Shown: positions 13,069 to 25,600 of the stretch, piece by piece
How positions within the stretch are numbered: the first letter of the stretch is position 1
Layout: the number at the start of each line of letters is the position of its first letter
Origin: Tubulanus polymorphus
Lineage: Eukaryota > Animalia > Nemertea
NCBI RefSeq assembly: GCF_964204645.1
Contig: NC_134027.1
Span: 5,860,485-5,924,484, forward strand
Reading direction: 5' to 3'
Length of the DNA: 64,000 nucleotides
The notes under the pieces: model-generated
What the model was told of the DNA's origin: nothing
Seen by the model: only the letters and a program-made list of their open reading frames with translations
Databases searched by the model: none
Program-made: the position numbers and the translations under genes

Positions 13069-16000
13069 GAGAAGAGGCGCAGTAGAAGTAACTGTCCAAC
13101 ATGAGCGGACTATGGACTGACAGTGCGAGCATGGGAAGACTTCAGCAGGACTCAGATCTGACTTCACCTCTATCCAAGAGGCAATGTGCAAGATTTTTCT
13201 CGTCCCGTCCCATTACATTTACATAGAAGCTATGCAAAAATCCTTTTTAAAGCAATATTTTCGGCGGCTTTTGTACGAAGATTGGTCTGTTGATATTACA
13301 ATAGGGTACGTGAGAAAAATACATTTAGTATTTAGCAATGATAATATATATGTATGATAATAGAAATATGATTAGATGATTTAGATCTCTATAGAAATGA
13401 ATAAAGCAACAGATTTCTAACGTAATTTGTATTCGTAGAATATGGGAAATATCGGTTAGTTCCGATGTGGGAGAAGTCCCTTGGGTAAAATTGTTGAGCT
13501 TTTGATATATTAGATTAACCATTTTTGTAGCAACAATTTTCGAAGAAAAACCTAAATGTTTATATTATCTTTTTTCTAAATGCATCAGTGAAAAACAGAT
13601 TCCGTGGGCATCACATAATATAAAACAGTATATTCGTAAACATGTATATATTTAATTGTTGATTTTTTTAACATCTAATGATTGTATTAATATTATTATG
13701 ATAATATTTACACACTATGTAATTGTAAATACGGTAAATAGTAAATAAATTCATTTGGTTTATATACCAATTTGTGTACAATTGGAGTGTCGTCGTTACT
13801 TTTCCGGGTTTCCACTTTTTCAAAGGCTTCGAAAACAATTACTGTCGACTCGAATCCCCAAGAATGATCACCACGTGAATGTGACATGTGGAAAAACTAC
13901 TGAAAGCTGCAAAGAGAGGACATCATTAGAATAATCATAGAGAATTAGCCGTCACATTTTGATGAAAGCTATATCCTGAAAGCCTATAGCCCCAGAAAAG
14001 CGAATTCATCAAGGTCCCAAAAGCTCATGCACCTTAAAATCAAAATCGAACTACCAAATTCAAAAGACTTAAGATTTCCTTCAGTATGAAATCCCCGACG
14101 GACAATACTTGAAAAGGGACTTCGAAAATGTAATGCAAGTCATTGGCAATGAGGAAAGATATGTGCCGAGACTATTCTTCGCAGTAATATTAGCGAGGTT
14201 TTTCCGGCGAGGACTTTTTTTTCAGCGCAAGTGAGCCAGACTATGGTATATAGACCACCCACTTAATTGACATCAGTCTACAACTCATTACCAGGTAACT
14301 ATACAGGTAGGAGGGTGTAATAGATAAATTATGTTCATTACGCGAAGATAAACTGATGCGCGGCGAGATTTGCGGTATGTGTGCAAAAATTAAGCGTACT
14401 TCAGTGTGGTTAAAGGCCTGCGTTTTTCCTAATTATGATTAAAGTTCGGATGCACTAAAGAGTTTTTTAATCACTGAATTATTTATTATGATAATTAGGC
14501 AACGTATTTACAATCTCACTGTGTTGAAATGGCTGATCATTCCATAACCATTTGCTGTTCAAGTCTGGGCAGCATTCCCCAATGAAGTCACTGCGATATT
14601 TGAATATTGCTCTGAAGAATCCCATAGAACAATTTATTCTCAGAGTGTGGCCAACTTTTCTCGAATGGAGACTCACACCATGATGGTTGCATTGGGCATC
14701 AGTCTTAGATTCAATACTACTGTATCGTGATGTATTTCATTCCAAGAATATCAATCCCTATGCTGTGTGATCACAATCCTTCTTTGTCTAATAGCATTGG
14801 ATTTAATTGACGAACATCACAGGATAGGGCTATCGCAGCATTGAAAAGCACAGGCCTGACCAAAAGTCTCTCATTTTACGTATAGATTTGATAATCGTCA
14901 TAATTTCAACTGCCGCATCATAATCAAAGAAATGGACACCACAAATCAATCAAAGCTTGAAAAAATAGGTTCGTTAACCAAACGATTTCGATATACGTCC
15001 CGAAATCTAGAACACAACGTCGGGGAAAGGAGTCCAGAAAACCCAGCATTTAACCACCCGTGTGTCATGCTATCAGAATCTTTAATATACACATGTATTT
15101 GTATATTGAATTATTGGCCCAGTTATTCTGTTTTATAAACACATTTCGTAATTAAACAAACAGACTGCGCATCGCTGTGTTTCTGACGTGAAAAAATACG
15201 TAAATAAATATATGTCCGAGTTAATGAGAAATTACATATCAAGCAAAAGGGGAAATAAAACTAAACTCTTCGGTCGCATTGTTTGATCTTACCTGAATTT
15301 GTGGGTGTTCTTGAACGAGTTGCATTCCCGAGAAATGGTGACTTTGATTGAACACCAGTATGTCAAATACACTTCGCGATCCGTTTTATCCCAGAAGTGG
15401 CTCCCTGACATAGCATTGGGAGTTTTGTTGGCAGGGTAGATTCTGGATTCGTGTAGCTTCCTGGAAGAGCTCGTGTGGCATTTCATTAGTAAAATCTTCA
15501 AACGTTTTCCCACCATCGATCCCCCGAAAAAAATGATACTCACAATTCGTTGTTTTCATTATGAAACTTATAAAACGATAAAACCAATGTATAAGTTCTG
15601 AAGAAAGATATGCCACTTTCGGGAGTAAAAAATTGTTGACATTTGGTTTTAAGATGGCAAAGTATGTTATTCAAACAACAACCCGTGTATGCGTAAATCA
15701 GCGATAAACTTTTTCAAATATTTGTACCTCTTACTACGCTCAAATTTACAGAGTAATTGCTCGGAATATTTGAAAGCTGATTTCATCATTCATACCCTGG
15801 CATTCGGGAAGTGGAAATGAAATGGATGGCTATAGCTCTCGTAGAATACAGTAATTCGCGCGAGTAAAAGTATAAGTCCGGTGATTATTTTATTTCATCA
15901 ATTGCCCCAGTAACGCAGAAGGATTAGAGGATAAAACAATCCAGAATAAGGAATTGCTGGGGAAAACAAATGTTAGAATCATGACCATGGAATATTCAAG

Positions 16001-19000
16001 TTTCAGTCTGGTTTGGATAAGACGGTGCGATAGCACCTCTTCTATTTTCAATGACCATGAATCTGGAATTATCGTTTGTATTGATGCGAAAAGAAGCTAA
16101 TTGTACGCGATAAGTGTCGAATTACGAAATTCGTGCGAGTCCTCTTTATTAAATCCGTGATTTGTACTGACAACAAAATTAGGAGGCGCACTATGCGTGT
16201 GGTCTCCACCAATATATAGCCACTTTTTAGAACTTTCATCCCGCATTCAGTTACAACTAATGCGTTTGCGAACTGCAAACCGAGATCGTACAAGAAGCCG
16301 CTAGGTTTCGTGTGAAAAATGTGCGGGCATCCCGCCGAGTGGACAAGGGACTGATTTAATCATTACGATCTTCACAGCACAGACGGACAGAGGATGAAGA
16401 TTGAATTCAACTAAAATGGTTTTTTTTTCTAAATGATGATAGAAAATTCATATCAATTATCTTAGATACGATAATAAGCGTCATTATTATCTGAATCTTA
16501 TTGGAATCAGCGAATAAAGTGGTAGCTAGGAATTGATTCAGCACAATTCAGAAACGTGGTTCCACGAAAATGATTATCAAAATTACCAATGAAATGGTCC
16601 CGTGCTGTAAAAAATCGTCTCATTTCTTGTTGAGCATAACTTGATTTCGGACAGCTGTCTTCCCCAGAGATGGTCTACCTTCGGTTCCTTATGCAAATCA
16701 TATTCTATTGTATATATAAGAACAGTTGTATGTTATTTCTTGTGTACACGGTTTGTATATATTACCGAGTTGCGTAAGACAGAAAAAATGAAATATTGCC
16801 CGCGTCCTACCTGTCTGCAAAATGTATACTCATTATTAGGCACCCAGTTGTTCTCACAAATTATGCTTTATCAAAGGCTACAAGTTTGGATGGGGTACGC
16901 TTTGTGAATTTAACATATTTCAGACGCTCCAGGAAAAATTGTTTATCATCATTCTTCTCAAAAATATAAAAATTTCCATGTTAAGCTCAAAGAACAGCTG
17001 GTTTGCGCTTTCAATCGCGAATTCATTTTTGACGATGAATATGCAAAATCTGAGTTTTCATGATCATAAGCAACATTTAGTTACACCACAAAAATAGACG
17101 TCAGGCTCCGTAATATCATATACAGCACGGAGAATCTTTTACCTGGTTTACTAATACGTGGTTATTTTTCCAGTGAACGTAAACGCGTTTTATGAGGCGT
17201 TAATATTTATCAATATTTCCACGCAGAGATATTCAGTAGAATACAACTCCCACTTGCCACGCTGTGGGTCTCAGGTTTTCGACAATGTTTGGTAAATAGC
17301 CGATATATGTAATATATCTTACAATAAACACACACGCTGTATATGAGAGAACAATATATACTTGTTAAGATTATCATATCATATCAGGGAGGTGCGAAAA
17401 TCTTCAGCAACAATAATCAATGATACAAGATCTTTAAAAGTTTGCGTTCTATTCAGAAGTTATGTAAATTCATTCCAATGATTGAAAAAATCTCCCATCC
17501 AACGCTCATCTATAACGAAGAATCCGTGAACTAACAAAGCTCAATGAATTCATGAAATCAGCAAATGTGCAAGCTGTTGATTTCTGATTTCCACAATTTT
17601 ATCAAGCGCTTTTTAAAAAGGGTGATTTGATTTCTCGTCCAGTGCTGTACTGTAATCCAACGCGTTATTTTGGCCGCAAAAGAAAATTTAAATCATATTT
17701 TATTTGTCATAACTCCGCCATCAGCTGAGAATTCCGACTTATAACCTGTCAGAGTTTTGAAATATTCAATCAACCACGATAATACCATTCGCTTCACTCC
17801 ATGGCTTCTCCTAAATCTGTAAGTGCGTCTGTTGCAGTTTGGATAAATAATCTCAAAGCTCATCAAAGCCACAGTTAATCCTACGAATACATAAATAGTG
17901 ACATAATAAGCACGTGGCCGGTAATGATCGAGGTAATTTTGGATACACTTACCACTGTATCCTGCTGATTTTAGTCTTCACATCACCTTAGATCTCAGGA
18001 GGCGGTCCGGCGTAGAGAATTTTGGTAGTAACATAAAGGCTGATGAAGCGAAGTGACGGTGAGGATGCTTTAACCAATTTTTCAGGGTTCTTATTCACAA
18101 CTGTATTTTTGCAATATACATGTAAAAAGTCAGTAGCAATGCTCAATTTCTTGATTAGATGAGTTAAGAAATGATTAGATTTACGATTACTATCGTAAAG
18201 GATTGCGCGGATTTACAAACGACTGTAAGACTCGTTACTCTCAATTATTGACACTAGATGGCGGAAGGTTCATTCTATTTCAAATTTGGATGAAGAAAAG
18301 TTTTTACAATACAAATACACCTATAGGCCTTTTGAATTAAAAAGGGGTGAAATAGTAATTAATTTGATTAAAATGATGGGAGAAAAACTTACCTTATCGC
18401 AAATCATGAGATTGAAAATCAAGATGAGGATAAACTTAGTAAGCAACTAGATTGAAAATCAAGACGGTTATAACAAAGAATTTTTTTTTTGGTTGGAATA
18501 TTGTGATGAAAACGCGAAAAGGGAACTAAAGAGATGTTTTTAATTCAGTGATTTTTGCATGATACAGGAGGAGGGCCGACCCGTGCTCCAAGTAATAAAA
18601 GAAAAAAGCCTTAGTGTGGTGGGTGATTAGGGATATCGTGCATTATGTAAATTCAAGAAAACGCGTAAAATCAATGATAAGTTTTTTGTTTTCGCGTAGA
18701 TTATACGCGGTGTAAATACAATCGTAAAAATTTTTGTTTTCGTCACGAATCGGCTAGAAAATTATTATTTACGGTATCTCAGGTTAGGATTTGAAAGATA
18801 AATCATCGCGCAAATGACGGGAGTCAAATAGTTGCTTATGCTTGGCTTTATTTAAGATACCTCAAAATTGAATTGTATTTGATCAATATTCAACAAAAAC
18901 GTGATACTGATTCGATGTACCGCGTGAATTTAATCGGTTGGTGTGAAATTTGTACTCGAGTCCACTCAGTAATGATTCATTTCAATATGAGCCCTGAAAT

Positions 19001-21979
19001 GCACATTTATCACCTGCTTTAGCAGTTGTTGGCCAAGCGGAATTTGATCACATCCCCTAATCGGGGTCAAACAGGTCAAACAGGTCAAACGGTCATGGAC
19101 GACATTACGTACTTAATATATATATATATATATGATACTACTTATATAGATAAGCGGCACTGGTGACACAATCCTAACAACTCCAATCAACGTCGAACAG
19201 ATCAATCAATTTGCTGATTATGAAACGATTTCAAGAATATGGGAAAATAGGAAACGCGCATATGTTTTCGGTAGTGTCGTGTATGTTTACGTAATACTCC
19301 GCATTAGTATTAATGTTAGACTTTGAATGAAGAAGACTAATTGCTTGAATTAAGTGGATCAAAGATAGCCACCGGGTATTAAGAAAATCTCAAGTGTGGA
19401 GGAGCAATGCTTTAATATGTTTATACAGATAATCGTGAATCTTGATCCACTAACATTTGTTTGAAGAAAAATTGTCGAAACATACATAACAGGGACCAGG
19501 TTGCTTAACTGAGATCGGCAAAATTGGTCCGAGTTAGATAAAAGTTCGGACAATATGTTTGGACATCAGAAAATGTTTTCTGTTTTGTCCGAGTCTCACT
19601 CAGTAAGGCGAGGTTTACTGTAATAACATTTTCTATGTAAGGCTATTTTATGTTGATGCGGAGGACATGAACCTATTTCAGGGAACTTCACACTCACACA
19701 AAATGCACAGACAACCAACCCTCCTGTTTCAAGGGAAGGGCGGATGTTTTAAACAAACAAAACAGCGGAAATAGTGATCATACATAGACGATGAGTTCTT
19801 ATTTGGTAGTTTACGATCACTTTGACTCAATGAATACATGGAAAAATTGCTAATCCACAAAAACAACGCCCTCGTTTTATGAACAATATATCCAGGGCAA
19901 TTCGAACCAACGAAAAAAGGTCACTGATTCCTTGATCAACAGAAGAACTCTCCATTAAATACATTTTGTCACATTCAAACAGGAAAAGGAAACAAGTCTT
20001 TGATCAAACTAATAAGCACGATACGACTGGACATTAAATCATTGGAAATATTGCACCTACTGTACGATACCTACAATACGCGTAGAATCATTGGATTCAT
20101 TCCAAAAATTATTTGGCCCAATTAACCAAATTTGGTCAAACGTAACTACGTTGCATACTAATTAATATCAGGAATAAATGATAGATCTAAAAGTCCATGA
20201 TAAGTTTTGACGTTATCAATAGAAAAAGAACATCACACTCAATTTCCCTGATATTAGGAATCAAGATCAGTTCAATTTTACAAAATCAATCTTCTTATAT
20301 ATGAACCTAGACCCACTGCTGATGATGATGATAAACATTAAATCGGGAAAACCTATGGATAATCATAATCCTCTTAAGTGTTCGAAATAAACTGTAGATA
20401 ATATGAGATGTTTGTTTCAAACTATCAAATGGACGGATATCGCGCCTATGTCAAACGCAGCTTCTTTTAATAGTACTTTAATCGAATTGTGCGATATATT
20501 TTGATTTGTTGATAAAGTTCACTTTGAGCTCAATGCTTGAATGACACTATATACTCGACCTTTTTTCCCGATGAGATATCGAATCGTTCAAGTGATTGAT
20601 AAGACGATACATCGGAATCGCTTCTTCTAATGAATCTCGCTGACCTACTATAATTGATAGTTCGCTCAATTCCCATTTTTTGAAGTTTTTGATGTAATAT
20701 GTATTTTTGGCCAACTGTTAAAACTTTTGATTTCGATGATACAATTTTGTATATTGGGTCGAAAGTAACAGCATAGTTGCCTTGGTTATACGTAACTGGC
20801 CCAAACTTGTGTTCGAACACATATACTAATTAAACTCTAGTGTATTTCAATAGAAATGAAATTTCAGATTTTTAAAATAGCGCAGCAAAGACGGGTTCAC
20901 GGCGTGGTCATACACGTGCGTCTATTGTCACTGACCAGTTTGTCCTATATTGAGTTACGTGATAACCAGTAAGCACTTGTCCGAAACCAGGGTGTGCTCC
21001 TATATAGCAAATAATGGACTGATTTATTTGACAGTTAGAGAATTTTCATAGCATTAGAGAATTTCCATATTGTACATTGTATGACTGCAAAGTACTCGAC
21101 AAACAACAGGACTTCATTCCCGTGCTAAATTTGAAGCATTTTTAAATAAATATTCCCTGAACGAATCGTGACATGCTCGTAGTTGCATAGCGATTTTCTT
21201 ATTTAGATGCATGATTTGATTTGTCTGGAAAAAAGAGCATAGAAACTTAGTTCTTAAAATTCAATTTCAAATATCAACGCCCACGTGCACCACTTACCAA
21301 AATTTATACGATACCATATGGCGCAATTTGAATTTAATAATTGTCTGACGTAATCATAAGTGTTTTCGGACGAAACGGGTAGATATGGAAATCACGAGAA
21401 AAAAACGGGATATGCGAAATGATTGAATGTCCTATCAGGTCAATCACATGTTTGTCGTGTCGTCGTCAGTGCGGGTATAATGAGCAATACATGAGTAACA
21501 AAATAATTCCAAACAAATGCCGAACAATAATACAATGTATTGGTGTTAGAAAAGATTTCCACGAATAAACAAAAGTTGTTTTTGTTTTTTTCTTCTCTTG
21601 AATATTCGCTGCGACCCCGGTTAAACAATTGTTGCATTGTTGACGTATTTAAGTGAGCGCTTAGGCCGCCTGCGGTTAGGATCATCGTCCGGAAACAAGA
21701 AAACTTTTTTCCAAGAATTCAAACCCAGAACATCGCATAAAATAGTCTGCTTGACGAGTTTGTTCTATCTTTAGACCATCAATTTCTTCTCCATTGTTTA
21801 AGCTACACAAATACGATGTTGCAGTTTGATGTTTTCTGTTCACTTGTGCCAAACCCCACCGTATCACCAGCACGTACTGATTTAAGTTGTAAATTTTATG
21901 ATCAGTCAATTTTGAATCTTTTCTAAGTGATCTACACTTTTTCGGATAGGTAATGCGTATGCAGCCGCAAGTGTGACTC

Positions 21980-22131
21980 AAGGGTGGATTCAGGAATTTA
22001 GAATAGGGGGAGGTTGGCAAAGTTCTAGGCCTAGTTGAGTACACGAAGTGCAAGCGCCAAAGTCGCGTATTCTATTCGGGTCTGGCAAAAATTAGAGGAG
22101 CCCAAACCCCCTACCCCTAAATCCACCCCTT
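21980..22131. mobile_element. Small MITE-like element with AGGG(G)YGGAT(T/C)YAGG terminal inverted repeats
   Basis: Left end AAGGGTGGATTCAGG is nearly the reverse complement of right end CCTAAATCCACCCCTT. The termini resemble the element at 35781-35926. No coding capacity. Confidence 0.6.
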
Positions 22132-22666
22132 GTGACCACATTGAAAACAGCAAAAAAAATTCCTTTAAAGTATGTTAGTCATATAGCTATCAAAACACAT
22201 ATATAATATTCGATAAGTATTTAGTTATGACATTCCAGATACTGTGATTAGCTTATCGTGTGGAATAATCATGACCATTTATAGTACTAAAATAACTACA
22301 CGTAAACCATTAGTAATGCGATAGGATCGGAGATAACTTCTAGAAATTACTCCTACTACAAACCTTTGATGTTAATTAGCTATGATATCTGGAGGCTTCG
22401 GATTAACATGGCAGGCAATGCGCAAATCATCAATCCGATTGGATAAGTAAAGGAAATCCCGAGGAACTGACCAATGACTATTGTCAAACACCGTGACCCA
22501 ATAACCTTTCCGTTCGCCCTCGTTTTAATCGAGATTTAGAACTATTTGCTGACGAGTATTTGCGCACTGAAATAATTGAAATATTCCCCGTGACTCGCTC
22601 GCTACTGGCAATTCATTCATTCACAATTTACGCTTAACACAACACGTGTTTTATTTAGTAGCAAAT

Positions 22667-25600
22667 ATGAAACACGTTGGACAGCGTTTAGCCAGTACTG
22701 CGTGTTCGCGACACATATGTGGTATTGGATATGTGGGACCGCATCTTTCAACTCGGACATTGGCTACGGCACCGGAGCCGCGGGAATGTCCGTTTCACCA
22801 GCAGAACAACGGCGACGAATATGACAACAAAATAAAAACATCGAACTCACAGCAGGAAAGTGATACGGATAAAAATGACGTTTCGAAAGTATTAACGGAC
22901 ATCCCAGGACCGAGGGGATTGCCAGTGTTTGGATCGGCTCTGGAATTTCTAGTCCCAACTAGACATCGGATACTCGAGCGTCGATCCAAAGAATACGGAC
23001 CAATATTTCGAGAACGCGTCGGTCCGATGCAATCGGTTAATTTGTGTGATCCGACCGACGTTGAACACGCCTTGCGAAATGAAGGTAAACATCCTCATCG
23101 TCTGGAAGTGCCTCCATGGAAGGAGTATCGTCAAATGAAAGGACTACCGTTTGGTCTTGTAATTTCGTGAGTATAAGTTTTATAGATTCCTTGTAATTAT
23201 ATTATTCCAGACAGTGAGCCGTATAATTCTTGTTTCTTTTTTGTTAGGAGAGTTGTCTAAAATGTTTATCTATGCACACGAAACACGTATCGGTGTCCTC
23301 AAGGTGCGAACGACCCTCTTTTGGGTCGAAGTGCCCCTTATCGAATGAGGGAAAAACTTTTTTACTTCATAAATAACGCACTTTTCCACTATGAAAAATA
23401 ATTTATATTTTGAATAATATATAAAACAAATCCTATAGAATAAGTACAGTGTACATATTATTGGTACTATATTGTGACCTAGGTTGTTTGTTCAGTCATA
23501 AAATTTGAAATCTTGTGGATTTGTGGTTTTGGCCCTTTTAAAAGTTATTTGACCCCTTGAAAATTCTCGAGGACGCCCAAGACACGATTCGACATCGTAA
23601 TTGTGAAACTGTACCGAAACAATCTTTTTAGAATAGTAGTCGAATTTGCAGATGGGTTTTGATAGAAATAACCTATATATGTGGATTAAACGACTATGTA
23701 TTCAGCTGTCACCCACAATCGATAATCAATTCATTAAGCCCCATCCTTCGCAATTTCGTGAATAATAAATTGATAAATCGAGAATATCTACTGATGACAA
23801 TTTTTATTTCGTTATCAATCGGTGAAGATTCAATTTGATATCCATATGGGCACATATGTATTTTGCTAAACGAGTGGTGATGATTAGACCTTTATAAAAC
23901 ATAATGAGCAGTTTGCAACTAAACAAAAATATCCTACACGTTCAAATAGACATTTAATTTTTCAAAACATTTTCCCCAAGATTTATAAATCAAAATCTAC
24001 GAAGCCGTACTTTCAACAGTATAATGATAAACACGAGATGGATAGGAAGAAGAAATGACATTATTGAATGAGATGAAATCCTGTTCAATTCCTTCATTGA
24101 ATTTTCTATAGAAGTGCCTATTTCTTTCTTGTTATGAGCTGGTACTTTGAGGATTCGCAATAAAAGCTTACTAAAATTTGAAAAAAAAACATTTGAGTGA
24201 AGTATTCTTCATATTTCGCACAACCCGGAAACGTTGTCCACGGTCAGGATACTCGTTGGGAAGAGCTCTATATCGTGGAAGCGAACGATTAAAACTAAAC
24301 AAGATATCATACCTAGAGAATTTTGTTAGTTAAGCAAATAAATGTAACTTATGGGTAGATAAACGATTTAGCTAATCGGAAGGAATGTTATCAGACGATC
24401 GCGAGGGGATGTCTACAACTACGACCGAATTCCCGGTAACGCGTCTAGACGCTTTCGGATCAGACCAGACTAACTATTTTACAGCAATCCCAAACTACAC
24501 GGTGTCACACGCGGTAAACTTTTATGAAATAAAAGATAAGTAGATTAATCAAACCATTTTACACTCGCATATATGAGATTATGATCGCCTTCGAAAATCA
24601 AAAGTTTCGATCGTAGAAATTCAACGAGCAAGAATCCATATCTTTAGCAAGTCCCTAATAACAGAAATGTGTCGTCATAATATGCAAAGATATGGACAGT
24701 GGTCACCCCTGCAGTTATGTAAAAGAAAACGCGAATGCCTACACACAAATAATTAACTTCGAAAGTTAGATAATATTTATGAGAACATTTATGTATGTTT
24801 ATTCATCTTGATATTTGCAATTATACGATATGATCCCAAGGATAAAAAAGCACATGTCGTACAAAGACTATCTAAGTATCCTCTTCAAAAAGCTAGTTTA
24901 CCAACGATATTGAGAGTGTACACATATAGTTATGGAGTGCAACTCTCATCGAAATAAATGCCGTCAAAATATCATGAGAATTGAGCAACCCAAAAGTGCT
25001 TTCAGTGACGTTATTAGGCGTTATAAGACATTAAGTGTGTAGTTTTGTATGCATTAGATAAGAACCAAACATGAAGCATACTTCTTCAGCGCCGATTTTC
25101 TCTGCTCAAAAACTGTGCTCTAGGAAATTGTGGTGTGGTTAAAAGAGAATTCATAAAGCTGGGACCCGTGCGCATCTAGCACGAATCTCGAACCTGACTC
25201 TGTAGATTTAGAAAATCTCTGCTGATTTATCAAAAAAGCTATTCGTCAAAAAGATTGCCCCACTTACTGTTAAGATTACACCACAACTAGATGTAAGGCA
25301 TTGGGTTCGAGAACATGTTTTTTTTTCAAACAGCTAGCTGCAGTGATAACTTGGTTTCTTGATTCTTATATCTAATTGCTATTTATTGTAATTGTACCCG
25401 ATTTATTTTTGTTCACGGTGACATTGTAAAACGGAATGCGAATACCTGCTCTTTAGCCAATTCACACCCGGCTTTCCAGTGACCGGGTTGTTTATTGCAA
25501 AGTAAAACTGACCATTTTTCGTAAACAACTATTGTAAAAAATATTGGTACCATGACACGTTAACGTCCAAGTTCCTTTATACACATATAAATGCATATCT

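Noticed and set aside
14479-14800. Minus-strand 65-aa ORF with INCSMGFFRAIFKYRS, faintly like a CR1/L2 RT C-terminal motif
   Set aside because: Only one short motif and no flanking RT signatures or tail. It would need a translated search against repeat proteins.
15289-15616. Overlapping minus-strand ORFs with donor-like ends, a possible antisense gene or lncRNA near FoxF
   Set aside because: No recognisable domain, and no consistent multi-exon model could be built.
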